From NCBI RefSeq assembly GCF_963921235.1, contig NC_086097.1, positions 88,290,001-88,354,000 on the forward strand: a DNA stretch of 64,000 nucleotides. Reading direction: 5' to 3'. A program made the translations under genes and the position numbers. Under the pieces are notes generated by a model that saw only the letters and a list, made by a program, of their open reading frames with translations, was not told the origin of the DNA and searched no databases. Shown piece by piece: positions 25,521 through 38,424 of this stretch (its first letter is position 1; each line of letters starts with the position of its first letter). This stretch comes from Mobula hypostoma. Lineage: Eukaryota.

Positions 25521-27639
25521 GTGCCTTGGCAGCCATAGTGCTATCTTACCAGCAGGGGGAGTTGCGAAGAAAGAATAAAGAACTGCTCTCAGATGAACCA
25601 GCATGTCTCCTTTATTATAACAATGGTCATTAAAGATCTAATCAAGAGCTGAAGCTTAGTTTGGAAGCCTGGTATATGCCAGAGAAAAATTAAACAAGAA
25701 TCGGATAGAAATGATTGGAGCTGAAGTAGGATCTGCAGCAGATAGCGGTAAATTGTTGAAAATCTGAGATGTGAAGGGGTGTTCAAGGAGCACTTGGTGG
25801 TACGAATATAAAAAACAGCAAGAGATCAAAGGAGGGCAGAAGGTGACATTACTGGTTTCCAGTAGAATCTCAATACTGTGAGAACGCCCATAAATGTATT
25901 CAAGGGAGTAGTACCTTAAGCAAAGGGGCTCAGCTGCAGAGCAGAGCTGGATGTGGGCTGACGACTGAAAATGATAAGACTGAGGAGATGTTTTACTTTC
26001 AAAATTAATTATTCTGTAAAACACTAGTTAAGAGTTCTGTGTGCATTTCAGGTCACCATACAGCAGCACAAATTTGACAGCAGTGAAAAGAATATACAAG
26101 AGATTTAGAAGGATTTTTTATCATAAGGGGAAGACCAAGGTTTATTTTGTGCATTTTTTTTGAATTGAGGTGAAATTTAGAGTCCAAGACAAAGAGGTTA
26201 ATATCTTCGGGAACATGAATAAAAAGCAATTTATAGAAAGATTTGAGAAGGAGTTCTGAGGAAAATCATTCCCCTCAGTGTGCCGTGGATCTGCATCTCA
26301 TGTAAAATGGAGGTAGAAGCACCCTATTTAAAATGCTCCTGATTCTACAAAAGTATGCAAGACATTGATTTGATGTCCTATGTGGTAGACTTTTACCATC
26401 CTACATCAATAATTTTAAAGGATGTCTGGGTCCATCCTTGAATATGAGTACACGTGGAGGATAGTGAATCTGGAACAAAGGTCAGGAACAGAGTGGGATG
26501 AGGTGATCAAGAGACTAAATAAATCGTCTTCATGTTTGGTGATGGCATGAAGGGAAATGGAAGATGATGTCTAGGATTATTGGGACTTTGGTTAGAGTGT
26601 GGGTACTAGGCAAGGTAGTCAAAATTTGTATTCTTTGGAGACTCAGTAATGTCTCCACATTCATTGTTTGATTACTACAATGTTTGTGTTCGCAGAAGTA
26701 CCCATGATTCTCACGGTAATTAAATCTAGATTGAATTAGCTTCGAATGAGTGAAATAAGTGAGTGGGTAGTTTTGTTTAAGCACAATACAATTAATTGTT
26801 CTAACAATTAAAGTTCTCCTTCAGGGTAATGTATTTCTTCTGGAAAGGATGATTTTATTAACACTGGGACATGTAAATAATGTAAGTAATTAAAAAAAAT
26901 CAAATTGTATATTAATTTAGGTTGGTTGAGTTTTACAAAAAACATGAGATATAAATGTATTAAATCCAAATGTACACTTAATCTACTTATCCACTTTAAG
27001 AGAAGTGTATTTTGTTTCTTTTAACTTCTATGATATTAAGGTCTATATTTCTTAATTTAAGTTAATATCATTCATCTTTGCCATGTAATGCACTGTGCTG
27101 TTGCTGTGCAAACCTGGTTTTCATTGGATTTATAGCCTGGGTCTGTATGGCCATGACAATAAACCTGAATTTGAATAATACTTGGTGGCATTTACACTGT
27201 TTTATGTCTCTGCGGAATGCTCTGCTGTTTGCAGGGGAAGCATTTTCTTCATTTGTAGAAAATCACATCATTAAAGCTCTGAACTGCTGATATTATGTGA
27301 TGGATAGAGTAATGAATAAAGAGGGGCAAGTGAGACCTTTTCTACTTCATCTACCTCTTCTCCCTTATCTGAAGTCATTTACCTAATCCAGTGTAGCTTG
27401 GTAAAGTGGAATCCTGCTCTCTGTGGAACCCTTTTCAGTACAAAGTAGCTGCTATGTTTCTTCACATCAGAACAATGATACTATATCTTTGAGTACACTG
27501 GGGTCATGAAACGGGTAGGGGTCATATAAGAGTAAATTCTTTGATACATTTTATTAGGAGATGCTCCAAATTTACCAGATCATTAAGCAAACATTCAAAT
27601 AAAATACATCTTAATTCAGTGGCCTTCACCTAGTTTTTA

Positions 27640-28135
27640 TTTGTTGCACACCCTTAAATGACGAAAAATTCTACTTGATTGTGTCCTCACCCATCTATTA
27701 GTGACAGATACATCAGTCTGTGAGAGCATCGATAGAAGTGCCAACCACACGATCCAGACATCAGACTGAAGACACCCTCCATTGTGTTGTGTGGCAGTAC
27801 AATTACGCTGAATGGAATAGACCATAATTAGGCTTCCATGAAGTGCTGTGGACCACTGTCAGTAGCAGAAATGTACACCAGTACAATCTGTAACCTCATG
27901 GCTGGGTGCATCCTTCTCTCCAATTCTGTTTTAAAGTTTGGGGCTCCACCCTGGTTCAACAAAGAATGCAAAAGGTTCTGTTTAAGCAGCGTAGCTTAAA
28001 ATGTTGGGATGTTAGACAAGTGAACTTGTAACAGAAGATCATGCATTAATTAGCAAAAACAACACACAATAGACTGAGCTAGTGATTTTGCAACCAACAG
28101 ATTAAAGCTCTGCAGCCTTACCACATCAGACTGTA
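27640..28135 (+). mobile_element. Old CR1/L2-group ORF2 fragment (EN-linker region)
   Basis: Remnants SVCESIDRS, TLHCVVWQYNYAEW, YTSTICNLMA, PPWFNKECK. Confidence 0.55.
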
Positions 28136-28616
28136 AGACAGCATCCCCATGAGCCTAAGGTCGACATTTCTTGTTACTTTAAGCAATCTGATTGCAGAAG
28201 TTCATCAAATCCGGCCGTACTTTGAATACTCCTGTTCTATTGCAGTTCAATGTTAACTCTTTTCCATTCATAGTTTTTCTTAACTCTCCCTATAATAAAA
28301 GATAGAAAAAGCCAACAGGGATATAGACCAAATACAATGAATTCAGATAGACATCTCAGGCAGCACAGGCATGTTGGGTCAAAGGACCAGTTTCCATATT
28401 GTACAACTTTACAATTTGGATCAAAAACACCTGTTGTCATTGTGGTTACTGTACTTTTCCTTTTGGTGGAGGTATGCTTCCAACATTATTAAATACTTAA
28501 TTATAAATGTCATAATCGTAGTGTACAGCATTAAAATGTACCTTAATTCTTTTCATTTTTTCTTTCATGTAGTCAGTCCTTTGCTTTCAGGAAAGTCTTG
28601 GTTTGACGCTTTGAAT

Positions 28617-28690
28617 CAGGGGATCTCAACCATTTTTTATGCCATGGACCAATACCATTAAGCAAGGTGTCCATGGTTGGGAGCCCCCTA
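28617..28690. mobile_element. Tiny hAT/Charlie-type MITE
   Basis: CAGGGGATCTCAACC / GGTTGGGAGCCCCTA TIRs. Confidence 0.6.
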
Positions 28691-29559
28691 CTTTGAATGA
28701 ATGCTTCACATGATTGGTAACTCACATAAATCTGATTTTCTTGGGTGTAAGTTTCTTTGCGCTTTTTATGTAACTTGACTCAATGTTCATAGCTGATCTG
28801 AGAGACCTTTGGCTGGATTGAAATTGGCTACAGACCTCAATTATGTGTCTTGAGCTGGTCACCCATACCTGTTGCACAGAGCTTTTCCTTCAGTGTGATT
28901 GGAACTGGGAAAGGCTGTCCCTGCTGGCAAAGAACATGAAGCATGAAGCATGAAGATGGCAGCTGATGCTGGGGATCAGGTGTTCTTTGGAGGTGACAGA
29001 AACACTTCTTCTGTTTCAGGTCTGTATTCATGGCAGCCTACCTTACATCAAGAATGCAATATCATTTCACTGGATTAGTAAAGAATTGAACATTAATTTT
29101 AAATTGGCACCAAAGATTGTCCAACAATAAGGTGGCTTTTTCTCCATTGTACACATGGAATCGAATGCAAGGATGATGAATTCCGACCTCTGTATTGTCA
29201 ATCACATGAAAAAATAAATTAAGTACGGAAGTAGACTATTCGGAACTTCAAGCATATTCTGCCACCTTAATAACATGACAGCAGAACTTTGTGTTCTTGT
29301 CTATCCCCTGTATCCTATCAGTTACTTATCACTGCGTTAAAAAATTCAGAGATGTTACTTCAGCAGCCTTTTGAAGAGGAGAGTTCCATAGACTAATGAT
29401 GCACTCAGAAGAAAACAGATCAGCCTAAACCCTCAAGTTTGAAATGAAATGAAGGCGTATTTTTAAACAGTGACCCCCTAATTCTAGATTTTCTCACATT
29501 CTTTTGACATCTATCCTTCAAGACCTGTATGTTTCAATTAATGTTCTCATTCAAGGTGT

Positions 29560-32300
29560 TTTTTTCGCATAGGACTTTGCGGCCCTGTGGCTCACAATGT
29601 TGTGCTGACCTTTCAATCTACTCTAAGATTAACCTAACCCTTCCTTTCCACATAACCCTCCATCTTTTTATCGTCTGTGCTCCTATCCAAGAGTTTCTTA
29701 AATGTCCCTAATATCTCCGTCACTACTACTATCCTTGGCAGGGCATTCCACGCACTCTCCACTCTCTGTGTAAAAAGCTACCTCTGACATTCCCCACTAT
29801 GCCCTCCTCCAATCACCTTAAAAATGTGCCACTTCATATAAGCCCTGGGAAAAGTCTCTGGCTATCCACTCGATCTATGCCTCTTATCATCTTGGGCAGC
29901 TCTATCAAATCAACTTTCATCCTCCTTTGTTCCAGTGTGATACGCCCAAGCTCGCTCAACCTATCCTCAGAAGAAATGCTCTCTAATCCAGGCAGCATCC
30001 TGGGAAATCTCTTCTGTACCCTCTCTAAAGCTTCTGCATCCTTCCTAAATGAGGCAACTAGAACTGGACACAGTATTCCAAGTGTAATATGGAGCTACAA
30101 TATTACCTTGTAGCTCTTGAACTCAATACCCCTCCCCCCACTAATGAAGGCTATCATACAATTTGCCTTCTCAACAACCCTATCAACTTTCACACCAACT
30201 TTGAGGGATCTATGGATATGGACCCCAATCAATAGACCCCAATCACTCTATTCCTCTACACTGTCAGGAATTCTGCCATTAACCTTGTATTCTGCCTTCA
30301 AATTCAGACTTAAAAAGTGAATCACTTAACACTGTCCCAGGTTGAACTCCATCTGCCCCTTCTCAGCCCAGCTTCGCCTCCTGTCAATATCAACTTTCTA
30401 CTCTACCTACAACTTCACCAACTTTTGTGTCATCTGCAAACTTACTAACCCACCCTCCACATCCTCATCTAAATCATTTATATAAAAAAAATCACAAAGA
30501 GCAGAGATCCCAGAGCAGATGTCAATGAAGCTAATTCTGAATCTGTACAACCAAAGTAAAATTCAGTGGTCTGTAGTTCCCAGGGTTACCTCGACTTCCT
30601 TTCTTGAACAAAGGGATAACATTTGTCATCATACAATAATATGATACTACTCCTGTGGTCAATGAGGATGCAAAGATCATCACCAAAAGTGCAGCAATTT
30701 CTCTTGCTTCTCATGGTAACCAGGGGTATATCCTGCCTAGTTCTGAGGACAATCTATCCTAATGTTTTTCCAAAGTTCCAGTTCATCTTCTTTCTTTATG
30801 TCTGTGTAAGCATATCAGTCAGTTTGACGCTGTCTGCACAAACCTGAAGGCCCCTCTCACTGGAGAATACTGAAGAGAGTGTTCATGAAGGATATCCCTA
30901 CATCCTTTGAGTCCAGGTCTTTCTCTGCCATCCCTGTTCAGTCCTACATTTACCCTAGTCGCCCTCTTCATTCACATACATATAGAACGCCTTGAGGTTT
31001 TCCCCAATCCTACTCACCAAGGCCTTCTCATGGCCCCTTCTCACTCTCCTCAGATCCTTAATTTCCTTCTTGGTTACCTTGTAGCTCTTGAGAACCCTAT
31101 CTGAGCCTTGCTACCTAAATCTTAAGTAAGTTTCTTTCTTTCTCTTGACTAGGTGTTTTCTTGCCATACCTGGTTCCTTCACCCCACCATCCTTTCCCTG
31201 CTCAATGGGACAAACCTATCCAGAACCCCACTCAAGTGCTCCCTGTGACGCCAAACCAAGCTATCAGACGATCGATCCTAATGGGAGAGATAAGGGAGAC
31301 AATGGAGAAACGTTCAAAATGCTAATAAGAGAGGAGAGAGAGATTAACGGAAAAGAAACACAATTCAGCTATTGACAGACCGGTTACTTTGAACCTGAAC
31401 TGTTTGAAGTTTAATGGACAAGTGATACCCCAGCAGGGGGATAAAAAGAGCAGGTTCACTAGGCACAGACACACCACAAGATCACGAGATAACGAGACCC
31501 TGGAAGGAGTGGTGTGCCCCCACAAGTTGGTAGGAGTTTGGAGGTCCGGTTCGCGGGAACTGACCATAGACTCACAGGGTGTAAAGGTACGATTGGTGGG
31601 AACCTGGTGTGTGTGTCCGCCCTTGCCTGTGTGCCGGGTTCACCATGGAAGAACGGTCGTATCCGGAACGGAGGGGTCACAGTCGGTGACCACAGCGGGA
31701 TAGAAGACATCAAAGGTCTGCCTGAAACAAACTGCAGTCCCCCCCTCCAACTGCACAACAGCGATTACTGCAAACTGTACTAAACTGAACTCTCCGTCAC
31801 TTAAGACTGATCATTTTACCCCTAGACAGCAATAGAGCTTGGTTTGATTCCTATTACCCTAGTTCTGTGTACATGTGTGTATTATCATTGCTAACCTGTT
31901 GCATTTATATCCTTACGATTAGAATACTGTGTTACTTATTTCTTTAATAAAACTTTATTAGTTCCTAGTAATCCAGACTCCAATGAGTGGTCCATTTCTG
32001 CTGGTTTGGCAACCCAGTTATGGGTTACGTAACATCCCTAAACAACTTCCACATTTCCATTGTGCATTTTTATGAGTACATTAATTCCCAGTATATGTTT
32101 CCAGGCTCTTAATTCCCCCTCCCCAATTAAATGCCTTCCCATTCTATCTGCTCCTTTTGAAGGCTATGGTAAAGGTCAGGGACTTGTGACTGTCATTGAA
32201 ATGTTCACCCAGCAAGAGATCTGTTACCTGACCAGGTTCATTGGAACACCAGATCCAGTATGGCTGCTCCTCTGGTCAGCTTGCCTATATATTTAGTCAG
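29560..32300 (-). mobile_element. Degraded CR1 with deletions, interrupted by a solo LTR
   Basis: Reverse CR1 RT remnants (KFADDTKV, WAEKGQMEFN, RFPRMLPG) and EN remnants. Confidence 0.75.
31244..32034 (+). mobile_element. Solo LTR, 791 bp, young
   Basis: TGTGACG...CGTAACA termini; exact 4-bp TSD TCCC (31240-31243, 32035-32038); TATA-like GATAAAAAG near 31440 and AATAAA near 31946; CpGs retained. Confidence 0.85.
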
Positions 32301-32398
32301 ATTTTTTAACAACTCTTGAATTTAAATTTCCATCCATAAGCACAGTTTCCTGAAAGATCTGTTGTATTCTATACGTGGTTCGAGTCAGAGAAGTACAG

Positions 32399-35300
32399 TG
32401 TAATACCTGTGTTGTGCTGGTCTGATCTCATGTGACTGGTCACCGCACTCTCTATGAGAAAATCTAATAACATAGCACTACAGCAGGTGCTAGTGGGCCA
32501 TCAGAAGCCCTAGGTATTGAAAGGAGGCAGTGAATGGAAAACACACACTTACAAAGAGAAGTTTTGTTTATTAAAAAAATAGCAATATATACAAAATATG
32601 TGCACGAGTATGAACAGTTCAAAGTTCCAACATTCTGGTTTAAGTTCCAAATCTCAGATATCAACAAGAGCCAAATTCCTTTTTGTTAGAATCAGTAAGA
32701 TTTGTTAGAATAACCTTTATTACTCCAATTTCTCTAACTAATTAGGTCTAGTGTTATTCCCCATTTAAAATTTTACAGACTAACATTTGCCTTTTTATTT
32801 ATCCCTAATTAGTTAGGAAACTAATTGAGTTCCTATTTTCAAGAATTGTGGTTAACTTCGGTTTTAGCTTCAGGTCAGTACGTCTACAAATTCAAATTCA
32901 CCCCCTCCCCCCAATTTTTTTTTTGGTGGGTGGGTGTTGAATTTGAATTTGTAGACCTATTGATCTGAAGCTAAAACTGAAGTTGTTTATCGTGCGCGTG
33001 TGTGTGTATGTCACAGTTGATGTTTGAACGTATTTCATCAATGAGGTTGATTCAATGTTTCACTTTGTCAATACATCCAAAATCTGAGTGCTGATGGGAG
33101 AAATTTGTGGTTCTTTCGGTAGTATGGCTTGTACTGAATTTAGTTCAGCTATAACACACATGGGGGGAGGGAATGGTGACATCATGTGTTGTTATATTGG
33201 AGATCAGTGATAATGTGCCTTTTTTCCCCTAAAGTAATCAGGCAAGGGGGAAGAAAATGGATGCTCGACAATAGCCTATTTGTCAGAATGTGGCGTTCTG
33301 TGACTGATCCACACAAGACAAGAGACTGCCCAGCTGGAATTTTTCTGGACTTCTTGCTGGGTGCTCTCACTGGCCCAACATTTTCCTTCATAGTCTGTCT
33401 TTGTTGCATATGTAAAACTTTCAGGACTTGTTTGTAGCCACACTTGGGAGAGAGCTTCTGGCTAGTTTGTAGTTTGGAGTAGTCTTTGTACAGCTCATCA
33501 AGGGTACTCATGCCAACTCAACTCGTGCAGTGAGCATAGACACATCCGGATCAATCATTATTAGGGCGAGCACTTCCACATCCACTCCTATAAAGTCTTC
33601 TGGGAATGAAACATTGACCTCTATATATCCCAGGTATGAGACAGCTTGTCCATCAGCACCCTTAACTTGCACCAAGTTGGTGGGAGAATGAACTGTGGGT
33701 CTGAGAAGTTGTGATCATGGTAGGATTTAGAGATGGTAGGATTTAGCGATGTATCTAGTAAGCAATTGCATTTTTTTTTCCCTGCTAGGTGTATTTAAGC
33801 AGTGCACTTTGTGCCAACTAATCCCTTAGGTAGGTTAACAGTCTGACTTCTGGCCTTTGTTTCACCAAGAAAGATTTTTGAACTTTTGGGACATGTTTTG
33901 CCATCATCAATGTCAGTTTGTCCCACAACAGGAACTGGATCTAGTTTATATGAGGCTTAGCAGTACTATAAAGTGAATCCCACTCACTGTCTCCTTTTGA
34001 GCTGTCTTCTCTTTTCTGCTACTAATGCAGGATTGGGTTCATAGCAGCAAGAGCTGGCTATGTGCCCATCTTCGCCACATTTAAAACAGTACCAAGAATT
34101 TGGTTTGACTCTTGCTTATCTTTTGCGTTAGCCTTTGCTTTTGGTGGCTTATGATCTACTCTCTTAGAGCTTTCTTTTACCTTCTGCTCTTCTGTGGTTA
34201 GAGTAGCTAGTTGACTTTGAAGCTCAGCAAGTTGTTTAGTCAGTTGAGAAGTTACTGAAGTTAGCTGTGCTACAGCATCTTCTTTACAGGCACCTGCAGT
34301 CTGAGACTATATATTGGCATGTTGTTTGACTGTTCCTACATGCTGCTTCATGCATGCAGTTCTGGTAGCTTGTCCTCCTCAGTGTGCAGAAATGTCAATA
34401 GCTCAGTAAAACAATGCTGAGTTTTGTTTCTTCTATTTCAGCTGCAGCTCTATGATTGGGGAGCAGTCCTGACATCCCCAAAAAAACCTGCTTTAAGTGA
34501 TGTTTGTTAGCCTCAGTTTTAGCAACTCTGCCTCGCTTTACAGTCAGATTCAACACTACCTATACCCGCTGTACGTAGGCAGATGGTTTTTCACCCGTGT
34601 TCTATACCGTAATCATGAATTTGGTAACTAATTCATCACCATCTTCCATAGTGGCAAAAGCTGTATCTAGGAGTTCTATGTAAATAGCGGGTGAAGCTCC
34701 AGGGTTTATTGACTTGATGATATCAGAAGCTGGTAGAAGAATACCTTCACATATTTTCCATGTTCTATGAAGATCAGACACACTTGGGTCTTGCAAGAGC
34801 AGTTCAACACTAGCATGCCAAGTCTCATAATCCGCCTCATTAGCTGGATGAGGGGTTCTACCAGAAAAGATTCAGAGCCTCACTGGTGGATTGCCATGAT
34901 CTATCAAGTCATTACTGCGCACAATGTGCTCCACTATGACTCTTTGAATCTCTGGAGGCCTAAGATCACTAGGAGAGAGGGATGGGTTCACTGCAACTAC
35001 ATTAGTTTGTATTACAAGGACTGAGTTATTTTGTTCGTTAGTAACGGGGCAGTCTGCTCTGAAATGAGTTGTGGTCTTGTTAGGTACAGCTTCCACAGTT
35101 TCAACAGCCACTGTTTCCCTACTCTCAAGAGTAATGGTTTCACTGATCTTTGTTAACATCTCTCTCAGGATTTCTTTATAATCTTTCCCACTGCACTACA
35201 AGGTTTTCAACTCCCTAAAGTAAGCCTGAGTGGTGTCTTTTCCAGCTTTCAGCGTGTTAAAAACTGGCAACACGGTAGGAAACTTTTTGGTCACTGCTTG

Positions 35301-36160
35301 CCTGTTGAGTGTGTGGAAGCAAGGGCTGGAGATCTTGCACTGCAGAACCAAAATTGCACTCTGCTATGAGGGACTTGGGAGACTCTGCCCTGGGTGCTGT
35401 TAGACAAATAAATCTGGCAACTGAACCATATTCTTTTAAAAAGTCTAGTATTTCCTCATCCTTTTCTGCTTTTGTAATGACACTGATTAAAACACCATCT
35501 GGGATTTTAACACCCTTTTCCTCCATGACATCTATTTGCTTTCACTGTAGGTTTTAATTAAACAAAAGTATGTTTGAACAATAAGATTCTTTTAGTACTA
35601 ATCAGTATACTATCTAATAAACTGCCTCCCAGCTGGCTTGCCAAGTTTTATGTAACACCTGTGTAGTGCTGGTCTGATCTTGTGTGACTGGTCACTGCAC
35701 TCTTTATGAGAAAATCTAATTACATAGTATACACCAGGTGCTACTGGGTCATCAGAAGCTCTAGGTATTGAAAGGAGACAGTGAATTGAAAACACACGAT
35801 CCTGAAAGTAAGTTTTATTTTTTTAAAAAAGGAATACAAAATACGTACATGAGTAAGAGCAATTCAAAATTCCAATACTCTGGTTTAAGTTCCAAATCTT
35901 AGATATCAACAAAAACCAAATTCCCCTTAGTTAGAATCAGGAAGATTTGTTAGAGAAATTGGAGTAATAAAGGTTATTCTAACTAATTAGATCTAGTGTT
36001 ATTCTCTATTTAAAACTTTACAGACTAACATTTGCCTTTTTGTTTATCCCAGTTAATTAAGAAACTAATTAAATTTCTATTTTCAACTATTATGGTTAAC
36101 TTCAGGTTAGTATGTCTACGAATTCAAATTCATTGTGTGTGTGTGTTTTCTTTTCAGTCA
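32399..36160 (-). mobile_element. Gypsy LTR element with PNMA-type gag and protease, RT/RNH/IN absent
   Basis: Direct-repeat LTRs from 32399 and 35651 (about 500 bp); tRNA-Arg-like PBS TGGCAAGCCAGC on minus below 35645; gag PPEIQRVIVEHIVR, YIELLDTAFATMEDGDELVTKF, CFKCGEDGHIASSC knuckle near 34045-34090; protease CLLDT near 33760. Confidence 0.88.
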
Positions 36161-36399
36161 CTTATTAAAGCCCTTACAAAAATAATCATTTTTTCCAGAA
36201 AATCAAATTCAGATCTTTCAAATGAGAAGCAGAATTATACGAATTATACATTCTACTGTATTAAATCCTCTACGTCTTAAAGCATTCTTTTCCCATGCTG
36301 GTTCTTTGATTTTGGGTGGCTTGTCATGTGTTTCTTGGTTGATTGGAAGAATTGATGGGTTATCCATGGAAGGTCTATTCACAATACTTGCACAAAAAA

Positions 36400-36950
36400 A
36401 AAACCCTGATCGGTATATAACAGGATTACAGTATGTAAGTTCTGGTACGCATTCTATTTTTGATTTAAATAATTCATTATCACATTGTCATTTCCAAACA
36501 TTCCTCAGTTACAACACTACTAAAAATATTTCACACACAAATTGTACACTCAAAACAGTAGAAGTGTTTTAACTCACCACATCCCTTGTAATAACTTAAT
36601 AGAACTAATTCCCAGTTACATGGTAGAGATCTTGGATACTTGTCTCTGTTGATATTGTCTCACTGTAGCTGGTGCTCACTATAGCTGTAACTTCAATAAA
36701 TCTTTTATTGATATAGTTTCTCCTCCAGGGGTTTCACTCAGAGGATATCCAGTAAGTAGGATAGAGATACCAACTAACAACTCCATTTTTAACAGTTTAT
36801 ATCTTTTGTTAGTTTTTATAGTTTGCTATGCTTCTGTCACTTGTCCACAGTTGCGCCAGCAATGCCTCATTCTCCATAGCTTTTTTTTCAAGTTCATTTT
36901 TTAAAAATTTGTAAACCTCATTTTTATCCCTTCACAAGAGGAGCTTTCTA
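36400..36950 (-). mobile_element. Degraded L1/Tx1 ORF2 C-terminal fragment
   Basis: Minus-strand RHCWRNCGQ knuckle remnant near 36850-36875; A-rich 3' end near 36390-36403. Confidence 0.45.
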
Positions 36951-36984
36951 ACATTGCATCTTTGGCTTTAATTAACCTGGGTTA

Positions 36985-38295
36985 CAACAGCACAGAAACA
37001 GACCCTTTGGCCTTTCTAGTCCATGATAAATATTTAACTTGCCTACTCCCAACAACCTGCATCGGGACGATAGCCTGTATACCCCTACCATCCATGTACC
37101 TATCCTATCTTCTCTTAAAGATTGAAATTGAGCTTGAATGCACCACTTGTGCTGGCAGCTCATTCCACATTCTCTTGACCCTCTGAGTGAAGAAGTTTCC
37201 CCTCATGTTCCCCTTAAACTTATCATCATTCACTCTTAACCAATGACCTCTTGTAGTACACCCAACTTCAATGGAAAAAGCCTGCTTGCATTTAACTTAT
37301 CTATACCCTTTATAATTTTGTATACCTCTATCAAATCTCCTCTCAATCTTCTATGTTCCAAGGAATAAAGTTCTACCCTATTCAATCTTTCCTTTAATCT
37401 AGGTGCTCCAGACCTGGAAACATCATTAAATTTTCTCTGTACTCTTTCAGCCTTATTTACATCTTTCCTGCAGGTAGGTGATCAAAACTGCACACAATAC
37501 TGCAAATTAGGCCTCACCAATATCTTAAACAACTTCAACATAACATCCCATCTCTTGTACTCAATACATTGATTTATGAAGGTCAATGTGCCAGAAGCTT
37601 TCTTTACAATCCTATCTACCTATGATACCACTTTCAATTAACCTGTACTCCAAGATCCCTTTGTTTTACCACTCTCCTCAGTGCCATACCGTTCACAGTG
37701 TAAGCCCTACCCTGGTTGTTCCTACCAAAGTGCAATACCTTGCCCTTGCCTGCATTAAATTCCATCTGCCATTTTTCCAGCTGGTCCAAATCCTGCAGCA
37801 AGCCAAGATAGGCTGCCTTGCTGTCCACTGCACCTTCAATCTTGGTGTCATCTGCAAATCTGCTGAACCAGTTAACCATACTATCATCCAGATCATTGAT
37901 ATAGATGGCAACAAACAGTGGACCCAGCAACACTTGTCAGAGAGGCAACCATCTACTACCACTCTCTGGCTTCTCCTGCAAAGTCAATATCTAATCCAAT
38001 TTACTACTTCATCCTGAATGCCAAGTGGCTGAACCTTCTTGACCAACCTCCCAGGTGGGAGCTTGTCAAACGCCTTACGAACGTCCATGTAGGTAACATT
38101 CACTGCCTTGCCTTCATCAGCTTTCCTGGTAACTTCCTCAAAACTCTAAGATTGGTTAGACATGACCAACCACACACAAAGCCATCTTGACTATCCTTAA
38201 TCAGTCCATGTCTATCCAAATACTTGTATATCTACTCCCTCAGAATATTTTCCAATAATTTTCCTAGAACCGATCTCAGGCTCACCAGCCTATAA
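36985..38295 (-). mobile_element. CR1 RT-to-3'-end fragment
   Basis: LLGPLFVAIYINDLDD..RFADDTKI..WQMEFN; CR1 3' UTR near 36985. Confidence 0.9.
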
Positions 38296-38424
38296 TTTCA
38301 TAGGGAATCGTGGACGCAATGAAATTGCCAGTGTTTAATATAAATACTGAATTTACAGTATTCAGAAACATAGAAAACCTACAGCACAAAACCTTTGGCC
38401 CACAAAGCTGTACTGAACTAATAT

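Larger units (their letters stand above)
21140..25622 (+). mobile_element. Ancient Gypsy LTR retrotransposon (K02A2.6/Mag-like), heavily degraded with nested insertions
   Basis: PBS-like TGGCAATGAG at 21364; gag remnants HFKPKIILNIEYFR and SSCDFEMFLDDAL; RT ENRLNLLEKDGI..SDWTVPIV..CVDYKIKMN; integrase TNGAVEQAVQAFKK and LAQFLFAYWNILHTV; purine tract then TG at about 25312 to ATAACA at 25622 with AATAAA (3' LTR); weakly similar 5' LTR near 21230-21350. Confidence 0.75.
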
